Positions 35,701 to 47,830 of a stretch of 64,000 bases of DNA are shown piece after piece. The translations under genes were made by a program, and so were the position numbers. Within the stretch, counting starts at the first letter, position 1. Each line of letters opens with the position of its first letter. Below the pieces are notes generated by a model. It ran no database searches. It was not told where the DNA came from and saw only the letters and a list, made by a program, of their open reading frames with translations. Source of the DNA: Takakia lepidozioides (lineage: Eukaryota; Plantae; Bryophyta); assembly GCA_030704615.1 (NCBI GenBank), contig CM060731.1, positions 70,246,001-70,310,000 on the forward strand, in the 5' to 3' direction.

Positions 35701-38700
35701 TTCGCTTCAAAGGTCCTACATCAAACAATCAGTGCATCTTCACACCAAAAGTAGGGCTAGACATAGAGTATGATCTAGTACATCCAACAGTTAATTTCTG
35801 CAGTTTAAACACCACAAACCTCACCAAGGACTATCATATAAAATGCAGGGCAATCTATATTTTCCCCGTGTCTTCATCCCCCCCCCCCCTCAACCTTCAC
35901 TCTCCTGGCTCTATGGACAGTACAGTGTAACTAGGAGTGTAACATGGTAACATGTGTAGAATCTATGCAGGCCCCAACCTATTTTCTGGGAATCTGTCCT
36001 TGTCTCCAATGGGTGGAGTGGTGGTGCGACCATTGCAACATATTCTATAGAGGATAACAATACGGTTTCTAATATGAAATCAACGTCTCCAGTAAACACT
36101 AAAGGCAGCCCTCTAGAACTCAGGACCCAGTGAGGAACATTGAATGGCCATAGGAATGGTGAATGCCTATAGAAGTTCTGTTTCCCCAATCATTATACTC
36201 TTTGCACCTCATTCTGAATTAATTGCACCCAAAACAGTTCAGTTAATTATAAATTTAGGTTGACTATCTGTGAAATCAGGTAAGCATGCCAAGTATGGGG
36301 AATACCGTAAAACCTGAAGAACCTCTCCATTTTCCTCTGGTATCATGGAAAACACTGATATACGTTTCTCTATTGCCTGCAACCACCAGTTCAAAGACCA
36401 GATTAAGAACAAATAGACAAAACCAGCTTATAAGGTCGCATGGAACCCGGGTTAAGCCCATGGGACAAAGTAGAACAACATTAAATAGAGAGATAGAATT
36501 GAAATGCAATGACACTAATTTATATTGCCACAAGTACCACAATTAAAGGATCTTCTTGGTCACTGAAAGACAGAAACATGCCAGAGCTCGTCCGCACATC
36601 GCTCTCAATGCCCTATACTTGCCATGCCACACACATATATGTCAATACCCAGTATCAATTAATAACTTCCCTAGACAATTTAAGCATGTTCATCATACAT
36701 GGAATCTATGTGTTTAACTAGATCTGTTTAATGAGATCAATCCTCACTACTCTCGCAATCTAGTACGAAAATACTCCCTGGCAGTTGGTTTAACTGTGCA
36801 CAAACCCCAAGGCTTCTTGTGACTACCCACAGTGGCACCTGCTCCCAAGTCTCCCAAGTTGCTGAGCTACGAGTCTCTATACTATCTGATTCTTTGGTGC
36901 ATTTCATAGCCAATTTAGTACATCCACACAACTCCCATTGCAGTTCATACCCCTGGATTGAGGTTTTCATGCTTTGTGATAGTTATAATAATTTATTTGA
37001 CAAGTCCACAGTTTGTGAGCTAGTTTCATGAAATTTTGTGTTACTAGCTATTTGGAGCCTTTCTGAAATTGCAAGCCTGCAACTTAGAGGCTTCGCATCC
37101 TGCATGGCAGCATATTGATAGGTGCAGATATGCTCTTTATAAGAGCAGGTCTCTATTTTAAGGTCCAGATCCAATCTCAAACCCCAAGACAAGCTGTGCA
37201 ACATACACTGAATATAGTATATTATAACCACATAGTACTGCAGAATATAACTTGGAATTCGATAGAAACATGACCGTAGTTGCTCAAGGGCAAGATGTGC
37301 ATTATAGTCACATAGAGTTCCAACAGAAAATGATGGTCTCCTCTCCTATTTACGATGCAGTATTTCTAAAGCCAAACACCCTTCTGCTGACCCCAGGAAG
37401 ACGGTGAGTAGGAGAGTTTTGTATTGGGTGAGGGCGGAGGTAAATTTTCTCATTATACAACTCTAGGGAAAATTGCAGCAGAGGATGAGGACAAAGACTA
37501 TAAAATAAATCTGCAAACATTGGGACACGTGCCTTGCCTGTTTCTAGATCCACTACAGTTGACTTCTGCAACTCAGGCCGTGCCACATTGATGAGATGAT
37601 CACACTCCTGCATCCATGAATCTTGGACACATTACATAGAGAAGAGGGAGAGAGAGTCAGGAGAAGAAAGAAATGAGGATTTATTAGGTCTGCAGGAGGC
37701 TCATTAAAGGCCCAAGGGATCACATAGGCTAGAACGGAAACAGAGAATCCTCAGAGAATATGAAGGAAAGGGACTGAATAATTCAACATTTGACAAGAGT
37801 CAGAAACAGCCTGGTCATAGCTAATTGCCTGATGATATAGAAGTATATCTGACAGAGCAAAAGGCCCAAACAGCCCTGCAAAGGATACGAGTAGAACAGC
37901 AGAAACAACTCGGGAGAGACATGGAAAGAAAAATAAAAAGGGACCCCTGGAAGGAGGGAAAAAAAAGAAATAGAGACAGAAACGTTATGAGGTCCACGGA
38001 AAGCTTCAATAGCCTCTCAAATAACAAGACAAAACAAGAGAAAAAGAATGAGAGGAATGCCGAACCCAGAGTCTGGCATTTTCTTGTCACCTTCAGTATG
38101 TATCATACCTACTGACCACATAGATAGAAGAACTTGGGGTAGGCAGGTGGAAGAGAGATCATGAACGAAATGATACTTAAAAACGTCCGGGGGGGGCTCA
38201 TGTACAACTTATGTACAACGAGAAGTGGTCTTGTGGTGGGATAAGCAAAAACATGTTCTTCATTCAACAGAATGTACTCATGCTTTCCTTGCGAACTTTG
38301 GCTTGACATAGCCTTACAGCACAGTGAGCGGAATACCTCATCACTCAAAAAGTTGTGGAGGAGGAGCATCCTTGGTGTCCAATTCAGTATCTCTTGTTTC
38401 ACCTGCACCCAGAGAAATGATTTGGCACACGGATCTACAAAGGTACCAGAGAGGCCCACATAGACTAACTGCCTAAGAGTCTCTATAATTCAGGAAGAAA
38501 AAGCCATATTATTTGTTTTCACTTCGCTGGATGTATGCGTTAGACTACACCCAGTTATACTACAAACAAGAAAATGAGTACGGAAAGAAACAAAGAAATA
38601 AGAATGGATTAAGGAAATTTGACGACGACCACCCGGGACCATGAGGGCCCATGGCCGATGTATAGCACAAGAAAACCAAATCAAAGCCACCAACATTAGC

Positions 38701-40228
38701 TAACATGCCTAATTCATAGAAGAAAGAAACGAAGAAATTTATCACGGCGCCCACAGGAGGGCTAGAGAGAAACAAACAACAAACAGGGTGCGAGAGATAG
38801 AGCAAGGGTAGCGGGGCACACAAATGGCGTAATAACTAGAGTGTGAGAACAACTGTACAGGTAATATGAGTAAGACTGTAACCATTTCCAGATACTGTGC
38901 AAAACCTAGACTGGTGAAGTGTTAATCTGTCAGCACATGATCAGAACCTGCTTCCTGTACAGTTGCGCTTGAAGTAGCTGGCCAGAGATTTGAGCACGTA
39001 CCAGACCAATTCGAAGTATCCTCGCCTCTTCGTCCTTATCCCACAGAGAATATCCTGTAGGATACACACCACCGCACTTCAGTCAGGACTTTACGCATTA
39101 TAATATGTGGAGCTTGAAACACAGAAAAAGGAGAGACTAAGATCCCTTGCCAAACATGAATTTCAGGTGCAACCGATTTCCCTGCCTCCTCTCCGACTCA
39201 TGTATGTCTCTTCTTTCACAATCAAAATTGTCCGCTAAATTTCCCCATGATTGCTGAAGTACAACCTCCCACACTCAACTACCTAGAGCAGAATTTTTGT
39301 ACCTACAAATGTGAAACTATACCACAGCAATTGCACTACTAGCTAGCTCACCATTGGGCAAATGTAGGGATTGATTATCACATTTCTCTTGAACCTTAAA
39401 TCTTCCAAACACATTGTGCAGCCCTACACCTGTCCACACATGATCACAAAGACGAAACTGTGGTGATTGGCAGAATCAAAGGGCCATGTGTTTCCATGAA
39501 TGTTTAGGAAGTGGTCCATGCATTGGAATTCAATCCAGTCTTGAATACAAGGTAGGTAAGAAGTACAAACAAAAACTTGATGTCAAGATGTTCGCATCGG
39601 AATTGGCTACTACTGCAGGTGTGATCAACGCTCTTCTGCAATCGAGCTGCAATCACTTTCTAAATTGGTTCCTAAGCAGCAATTCTTGGGCTCAATCCAA
39701 TAGGTAAAGATTACCTACTCTGAGGCACCAAATGGCAAAGTGTCATACTACTCCTGATCCCTCAAGATCAAATGAGACATGCTGGGGCATAATCATCCAC
39801 TCCCCCTGCAAGTAATGTACATCGACTGCAAGAACCTTAATACGTGTAGAATGACACGACAGAATTCAACCACAATCACAAACTGGCTGGTCACAACAAC
39901 ATGAGGGGTCCATTAGCCATAACGTACCACTTGTTTCTTCCAAGCGCTTGAGCAAAGTAAATTGCAGTAAAGCCCCTACATGCCGCACCCACAACCAAAT
40001 TTATGAACAGTAGGTATCTAAATTCATCTTTTTCCTCCTCATCCCGAGATCCCTTTTGCCTCTTCCTACCCTTTCACATGCGTGGAAATGAGACAAAGGA
40101 CCTTTCATGAGTTCCCATTGCTTCACTTAAAACTAGCCAATATAGTATAAACAGCCGATCAGCTTACCAGCAAGCATCCCGATTGTCATGAAGGTGAGGA
40201 GCACAACCACATACTTTGATGGAGTCAT
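32782..40228 (-). CDS. P4H1: prolyl 4-hydroxylase, P4H1-like (type II membrane 2OG-Fe(II) dioxygenase)
   Basis: Exons encode MTPSKYVVVLLTFMTIGMLAG (40228-40168), ALLQFTLLKRLEETS, WDKDEEARILRIGL, VKQEILNWTPRMLLLHNFLSDE, ECDHLINVARPELQKSTVVDLETGK, GIESDVRTSSGMFL, AIEKRIS...GEVLQVLR, YEQGQFYKRHHDYF, FNLKRGGQRVATVLMYL..VEGGETLFP, CSCGG...KPKRGNAILFWS and LDGSVDPTSMHVGCKVLGGEKWSATKWLRQ* (32889-32782). The H-x-D...H...K catalytic set is intact. Small additional exons may have been missed. Confidence 0.93.
33855..34630. repeat. long inverted repeat (~240-bp arms, ~290-bp loop) in the last P4H1 intron
   Basis: 33855-34100 matches the reverse complement of 34393-34630, e.g. AAGAGAGAATGTA.TCATAAGACGTTGTT.GCCGTAGCC and ACACAAGCATCAATCTGCTGTGTGTGATTT. 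A further diverged direct copy lies at 33260-33600. Confidence 0.9.
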
Positions 40229-42057
40229 TCTCCGTTCACCTCGGCCTCTCTCCCCACCTATATTGCTTCTGGCAATCACAACGTTCCTATCCCAGATTCA
40301 ATATTGCAGCCTTCCTGAGATGTAGGTCACCTCAAATTGTTGACCACTTTCCGCCCATCACCAATCTCATAATTTAACCTACATCTAGTAAATAGAATTA
40401 CCAGAGGATAACACCCCTACAAACAACATAATTCATTAATTCTAATCACCGTGGCTAGCTAGGCTTGCATCTAAAATAGGCTTATCGTCTTGTAGCTTGT
40501 GATCGGCCACTGTATCTCATGAGAATAATTCGTGAGCTCAAATGGCCTAAGCCTACTGGCCTCCAATCATATTCCGAAATTGGATATGCTTCCGATCTAG
40601 TTTGTACTGTAATCCAGTTAACAAATTTAGATAGACAACAAGATGGAGATCAATATGTAGCAGCTACTCCATTGCAATTAGATAGATTTAGTGGATTTCC
40701 ATGTGCACAGGCAGGTTGAAGAAGGTGCAGCTTTGCATCTAGTAATTTTCTAGCTACTGATATCTATAAAGAAAACTCGAAAACAAATTATTGCCGTTGC
40801 CAAGATATTTCAGAAGAAAATATTTCAACCCTAGAGATGCACCCGAACAGTGTGTAGATCAGGCCAGTCCTGATCTCATTTAGAAATATAGACGATTAGG
40901 ACAGCAGAAGGGAGGTAGTTAACCACACGACTGCCAAAGCAAAAGATTATTAATTTGAAATTGATCAATCATGCCTTGATAGTTATCTTCCAATCTTTCT
41001 ATACCAAAAATGTATGCAACAAACATGTCAATGCCACACCAACCCATTCCAATATAGACTGAGAAGATCACGAATGAACTATCCGAACTCCTAATTTACG
41101 CTGCGATTTCTTACCTGTCGCGATTGCAATTCAATTCATTAATAACTCTGTGGAAGAATCAGCCAATCACCAAGTTAAGCTTGCGCCAAACTCGCTGTGA
41201 GATCAATGGCTGAAAAAACAATTTTGCACCAAGATCTCGACAGGTTTGAGTATGCAGATCCAAGCATCTCCACACCCACAACCAAGTAAGAGCTGCTTGT
41301 GGAGTTGAGGCGACGGGGATTGAGGATGGCAACAAGAAAGTGGTCTGCGGGATAGAGCTAGGGTTCAAATCTTGGATACCACCACATTGCATGATGGGTT
41401 TGAAGTCCAAAGTAGCTCATCATTTTTTCTCATCCCTTTATTTTCGTCGTTTTGCAAATAAATATGGGCATAAGTTCAAAAACAAAAATTGTCCTTTAAA
41501 AAAACAATTGTCCTACTTTTCAAAAATTAAAATAAAGAAGGGGGCAGAGGCCCTGGAGGACACTTTATTTGGAATTATTGAGGGGATTTGTCCTACTCTG
41601 TGTTGTCTAGCTAGGATGCCATATACATAGGTACAACCAGTATGTGAGTAAGAGTAAGTTTTAAAGGGTTCCTTGTCGTTGTTTCTATGCGTCCGCCTAT
41701 TTTCCCCCTCAACTAACTCCAACTACAGCTCTGGATGCTCCGCCCTCCCTTTAGATTCAAATATATATATATATATATATGTGTGACCAACAAACAAACA
41801 AACAAACATGGGTGCAGTGTGTGTACACTTTAATTTTTTTTTCCCTAAACAAATCCAAATAAGGTTCCACGGCCTTTGTCCCCTGTTTATCCCAAAAAAA
41901 AAAAAAAACAAGCCTAAAACGGCGATGGGCTCTCTTGCTTTGGCAAAACATAAGAGGAAGGTCAGAGTAAGGGGCATGACTCAGCACAACACACCAATGG
42001 GTGCTTTGACACGGTGTAAGGTCCTTTGACCACATTTTCTCCATTGACTTCAACATG

Positions 42058-42520
42058 GTTTTTTTTTTTTTTTTAATTAATAGAGAAAGGGGATGGAGGC
42101 CCTTTTAATCAAATTAATAAAGGATAGAGACATCCGTGGAAAACATAACCACTGTTTTTGGGGCCGTGAAGGCTAACTAGGGGAAACTTCTCCGTGACTC
42201 TAGCATACCAACTAGCTGAGCAAAACGAGAGAAGAGTAGAGGCAGGTCAGTGAGGGAGGGGACTAAGAGGATGCACTGTAGGATAGAAATGAGATATGTA
42301 GACATGATTTAGAAGGGGATTGCTGCCAGTGAGGGCCTTAGCCACTTAAGGGGGGTTTTAAGCGGCCAAGAAGAGCTGCAGGTCAACAAGTGTGAGCAGC
42401 ATGAGCAGCAGAAGGCTTGGCAGGCGGTAGGATTGAAGCTAGAACTTCAAGTGCGTTTTGGACTTCGCATCTCTGGTTCTTGGGTATTTGCAAGATTGGG
42501 TGTCTCAGTTTTTGCGTAAC
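42058..42520 (-). mobile_element. 5'-truncated LINE 3' end with poly(A)
   Basis: The T16 run at ~42059-42074 is a minus-strand poly(A), preceded by the AAAGGGCCTCCATCCCCTTT stem-loop motif shared with the L1 3' end. Confidence 0.5.
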
Positions 42521-43212
42521 ATGACAGTTTCTGCAGTGACCTCCCTCCATGATTTTACCCATATTTCAATTTGTCCAACAACTCAATATTTCATCTAAAT
42601 TTATGTGGTGTGGGGTTTCTAACTGTAATAGGTATGTGTACCAATTGTTAGATTGCAAAAACAATCATGTACCAGAAAGCCATGGACTTTTAAAGTTGAT
42701 TACTGTGGAGTACAGATGTTACACATAAAATCTTATGGACTGAAAACATCATGTACATTCATACAATGGTACAAAGAAAAACACACTAGGGGTGCCATTT
42801 TTAAATCCAACCCAAATCCATTTTTATATGGACTAGTTATCTTAGGGATTGAGAGCTATGGACTATTTTGCACCTAAAAACAAGTTGATTTGCTCTAGTC
42901 CATAGCATATGTTTTGGGTTTTTGAGGTGTCGTCTTTTACTAAAAAGATACACAAACCTATAATCTAGAGGTGCCAGCTGATATATGGACAAGTGGTTGT
43001 AAACTCTAGATTTTGACATCTAAATGTTTTTTCATATTAACAATTAAAATATCTAGTAAAAAATATTATCAATATTTGATGAAGAACTCTTTACTAAAAA
43101 TGTTATATATACTACTATCTATTTTTTTTAAGAAGAAACTGAAAGCAATAGACTCAATTTATTTTTTTCCATGGACTTCCAATAAACTCAACATATCTTT
43201 GATCTCCTTTTG

Positions 43213-43880
43213 GAGGATTGGGGAAAAGAATCATGGATGAAACAACTAGTAAAAAGGGCAAAGTCGGTTGTGATGTTCATTCGTACACATCACATCCCTC
43301 TGGCATTGTTTTGAAAGCATGAACCCAAATACAGCCTTAAGAACCCGGGTGAAACCCGCTTTGCCACAAACTTTTTGATAGTGAATCGACTGGTGACTGT
43401 GAGGGCGGGTCTGGAGCAGGTGATCATTGACCCTCAATGGGATGCGTATGTGGGCACCTTACGCGACTCTCGTAAGTCCAAGTCTTTGAACAAAAGTCGA
43501 AGGGTCCGCGCAATCATTCGCTCCGACGATTTCTGAGCGAAATATGCAAATTTTGTGTACATGGTGGAGTCGGTGTTGATTGCTTTGCGGGAGTTTGATG
43601 GAAAACAACCAATAATGGATAAAACATGGTTGATATTGGAAAACCTTGAAAAGCACGCGTAATCCTTGAGGCGTCCTCCATTTTCTATGGACGATTATTT
43701 GGCGGCAAGGACCGAGGATGCATTTTACGACCACAAACGGATGGTTCGCACGGACTTGCATTATGCGGGGGCCTTGCTGAATTCTTGCTGGACAATACAA
43801 ATTTGAGAGACGATGTGGATGTCAAAGCCAGGCTTGTACGGGTCATCATGCAACTCGCGCCCTTGAACATGGCAGAGTCA
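43213..43880 (+). mobile_element. hAT (DUF659-type) transposase fragment
   Basis: Read through stops: WMKQLVKRAKSVVMFIRTH...KNPGETRFATNFLIVNRL...IIRSDDF*...VLIALREFDGKQP...TDLHYAGALLN. Confidence 0.85.
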
Positions 43881-44104
43881 GGGTTGCACACGTCATTGAC
43901 GTCACGTCACGTCAGTTTTGCCGAAAATTCAGTAAAATATGAGTTAGGTAAAAAATATGTCACGTAGGTGGACACGTTGTATTCCAAGCGACACCTTGGC
44001 AAATGAATGAATTGTTTTATAAATTACTCTATCCGCCAATATTTGAGGTCATTTTAAAATCATTATTGCTAAATTGGTGCGACCTCCAAATGGTGGTGGT
44101 CGCA

Positions 44105-44635
44105 GTTGGATGAGATTCGGCGCCAAAGTTCATCTGTCGCAAAGAAAAATAAAAACAGAAAGGACTTCCGATGAATTCTGGCACCGAAATCTATACGCAG
44201 GGCAGCAGAATTAGGGTCGGAAAAGGAGATGAAGAATGAATTTCGGCGCCGAAATACATCCATTCTGCCGAATCAGGATTACTGTCATTCGGAAGTCGGC
44301 ACCGATATCCGGACACGTGGTCAATCACGACTGTAATCAGGAACACATTTATCCGTATTTTGGCATCTAAATTCAACCCATATGTGCAGATACAATTTAA
44401 TGAAGAAGAAGTTCATCCGAATTTCGGCACCGAAATCCATCCGTTGGGTGCTTGGTCAGTTTAATGAGGTAAACAAATTACGATTTCTGTTGCCAGAATT
44501 CATCCCTTGGCTTCCAAAGCTGTTACATGACAGAGATGTTCATCCAGATTTCGGTGCCGAAATTCATGGGAAGGCCTGATTTATTGTACCCCAAGTGGTT
44601 GTACATTACAATTCAGGCACCAAATATCCGATGTG
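44105..44635. repeat. periodic array of nine palindromic motifs (core ATTTCGGCGCCGAAAT), ~62-bp period, unique spacers
   Basis: Cores at ~44115, 44175, 44240, 44293, 44357, 44421, 44483, 44548 and 44611. Extended consensus is approximately GGATGAATTTCGGCGCCGAAATTCATCC. Confidence 0.8.
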
Positions 44636-44707
44636 AACTTGCTGTTTTCGTCCGTTTTTTTAACGTACGTTACACACCTTCATCTTTACGTGCACTGATC
44701 ACCCATC

Positions 44708-47377
44708 ATGTTGGATACGGAATCCTCCAGAAAATCATTTGTGTTATTAGGTAGGACACACTCTTCTCATTGCAGGACTTCGCTGCGGAGCGTACCGAAA
44801 GGTCCCGTCTTCAAAATGGACTCCCGTGTTTGGGTCAACATGTACTTCCATCCTGATTCTCTGAAAGCTAAAATACCCTGCGACCAAGGATTTGCGATTG
44901 TCACTGAGCAGTACTTGTGTGTGAAGTTCGGGCTCCGCCCTGGAACGGTGTTTTTGGAAGAGGAGACGAAGGATGCTTATGGAAATTTTGTGGAAAGTGC
45001 CGTCATTCTGCATGCAGATTTCGGAAAAGGCAAAGAGTGGCGGCTCCCAGCTTCTGAATCCATCCGGTACAGTGCCATTGGTGAAATCGTGCCTAAAGAG
45101 TTCCCACGCTGGAACTTGGTTGATCCTCCTTCCACAAGAGGGTCTGGCGTGCAAGATGTGAAGGATGTGGGCACCTCTTCACAAGCAGAGAAGCCCAAAC
45201 ATGTGAAAAGGGAAATCCAGGAAAACAGGGAAACAGTCGTCCACGACTTATCCAGTGACGATGAAGACTATATGGTCCTTCCATCGTATGTTTCGAAGTC
45301 GTCCGTCACTAGGAGTGTTCAGCATACACCGTCCGACTCAACTTCCGTCCGCTCAGTAATCGACATATTGCGGAGGATGAAGACAACGGGTTCCCGCTCC
45401 AGTGACCTTCTTAGGCTTGATTACGACAAAACTCCAATCCATTCTGTGGAAACTTTGCCTGATGTTGTGGATGGGAATGCTATCTACGAGTTCCCTCCAG
45501 TGCCGGCAGGCGCAGGCCCAGACGGCATGCTCGCAGGAATGAACAGGAAACATGACGGCCACCCTTGGTGTGTCACCAAAACTTCATCGTCCAACCTGGG
45601 TGATGGAGTTCGAGTGAGATATGTATTGTGTGCTGGGTATCTTAAATGTTTCTCGAGCACATGTTACCATTACACTAGCAAAGGCACCAGGAATGAGACT
45701 GACTGGATTGGCAATTCGTCGACCCCATTTTGGCCTCAAGGTAGAGTTCCTGCAGGGACGTTCAAGTGTGCCCATTGCAACGCAGCCCCTACGTGCATGG
45801 CAGTGTGCAACGCCAAGCAGTACTACGTCGGGACCATCGGCCCAGCGTGCACCAGAGCATGCATTCACATCGGAAAGCATGAGCACCCCCTCGCCAGAGG
45901 CAATTGCAGAGTCGCTTTTCAACAAGCCCATGATATTATCAAGGAGGAGGTGAGGTTGAGGCCGGGTGCAAAACCAAAGCAGATACAGCTCGCATCGGCA
46001 CATAGGATTGCAATTGGCAGAATAATGTCGGAGGACGGAAGCACAAGAGAGAAGCTGGGCGAGGGGGACATGAAGGACGTGCTAGAAGCTGTCTCCCATG
46101 TGTGCAGCCCCAATGTCAGGAACCACATTGTCAGCTGCAAGAAACGAATCGGAAGAGGATCAGACATGCACTCCATCTTGGAAGTGAAACGCACATGCGG
46201 CTACGACTTCATCCAAGGCAGCTTCTTTCCTGGTCAAGGCTCGGAGATGGACAGGTGCTTCATATTTAAGATGTCAACGTGCGGACCGGGGAGCGGCGTC
46301 AATTTGGTGAAGTGGATGACCAGTGGAGACCTCTCAAATTGTTGGGTCATGTTTGACCACATCCGGCGAATTACCAACCACGATTGGGTGACAATGGGGC
46401 ACATGTATACGACCCACATTGCAGAAAGTTGATGACCATTGCTATCTGCGAAATGAAGGGAGAAGACACAGATTCGGAGTTGCATATGTGGCGCGGAATT
46501 AATGAGCAAATGGCGAGCGCCAAGTTGCCCCCTCCCGATTTTAGGGGCTTCATGGCAGACAATGCCCAGGCAAACTGGGCTGCAGTTAGGAGGGTATATG
46601 GGGACGACCCAAAGACTCCAATGGAAGAAAAGGAGAGATCTTGCGGGTTCCACTTCATGCAGAGTTTGACGCAAAACACGAAAAGGTTCGTGGCGTCACG
46701 CCACCGGCAGGATCATATCAGTATGTGCCTAGCGTGGAAAATGCGAATTCCATCGACGAGGCGGAGACCGAGTTTGCAACCATACGCGCCTGGTGGGTGT
46801 CTTCAGGGGCAGTGGATGTGAAAGATCAGCCAGAACTGCAAACGTGGCTTGCGTGGTGGCATTATAGATTCCGCCAGTTTGGAGACTACATGAGACAGGT
46901 AACACATTTCTGTACTTGACAATTGTTCTGTTTTGTGCTTGGACATTCTCCACAATCAGTGACATATCTAATTTCCTTCAACAAGACATGAGCTTGGAGG
47001 ATGACACGGATATGCCGACGACGAACATGGCGGAATCGGTGCACTCTTCCTGGCGTGCTTCCTCTGCAGCACATCTCGTTGACATGTTGACAGCAACAAC
47101 AGAAGATATTGTGAGGGCCATCATGCAACAATCTCATTACTACCAGTTTCTGGGAGGAAAGCAATGGGGTATCGGACCAGACAGGCAGGAGATGCTGATG
47201 AGGGCGGCGCATCGTTCGACCGATCCCAAAAAATGGACTGCTGCATTGCGGGAAACTATAAGGTCAACGCCGTTACACAGTCGGGGGAACTGCCTGGAGG
47301 ACGATGTCCGCAGCCGGCCGGTGAAGAGAAGAATTCCATCGCCAGGCGCCCCAAGCGACGTCCTTGTGATGACCTAA
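44708..47377 (+). mobile_element. Mutator-like (MULE) transposase with GCM-type zinc DNA-binding domain; two frameshifts and a probable intron from 46899
   Basis: GCM-like DGHPW..T...CAGYLKC....C...CAHC...C...C...HIGKHEHP. DDE core WVMFDH, FMADNAQANW..V..VYG, CGFH (MULE CxxH) and TTNMAESVHSSW. Donor CAG|GTAACA at 46898/46899. Confidence 0.8.
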
Positions 47378-47379
47378 GC

Positions 47380-47830
47380 TGACCACAACATCATTGCGAC
47401 CCCTTGTTGCGACGCCGTTGCGACCCCCTGACGTTGCAACGTTGGGCGTCCGAACGACGCTTTTGTGCAGTTGAGAGCTATAAAGCCCCAAAAAAAAAAA
47501 AAAAAAAAAAACTTCCACTGTGGTGATGCTGTTGCGACGACCTGACATCGCAGAGGCGCTGGGGCGCCCTTAGTGACGCTTTGGGCGTCGCAACGGGTTT
47601 TGTTTTTTGGATTTCCGACGCCCGGGGCGTTGCAAGAAAAAAAAATCCGTCACAGCGAGGGCCCTCTTTCCCCCTTCATGCTACCTTACGACGGCTCGGC
47701 GTTGTAATTGTGTCGCAGCGGGAGATTGTGACGCCGAGGCATCGTAAAAAAACGTCGTGGGCTCGGCGTCGCGGCCTCAGCGCCGCGCGGGGCGTGGGGG
47801 CGCGGCTAGCGTTGCAACCCCCCCCCCCCC
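47380..47830. repeat. GC-rich non-autonomous element or transposon end with repeated GTTGCGACG/CGTCGCAAC motifs
   Basis: At least eight copies of (GT)TGCGAC(G)-like motifs on both strands. It truncates the MULE transposase. Confidence 0.5.

Noticed and set aside
44105-44635. True CRISPR array
   Set aside because: Eukaryotic context, no cas genes, degenerate rather than identical repeats, and position at a transposon 5' end favour subterminal binding sites.
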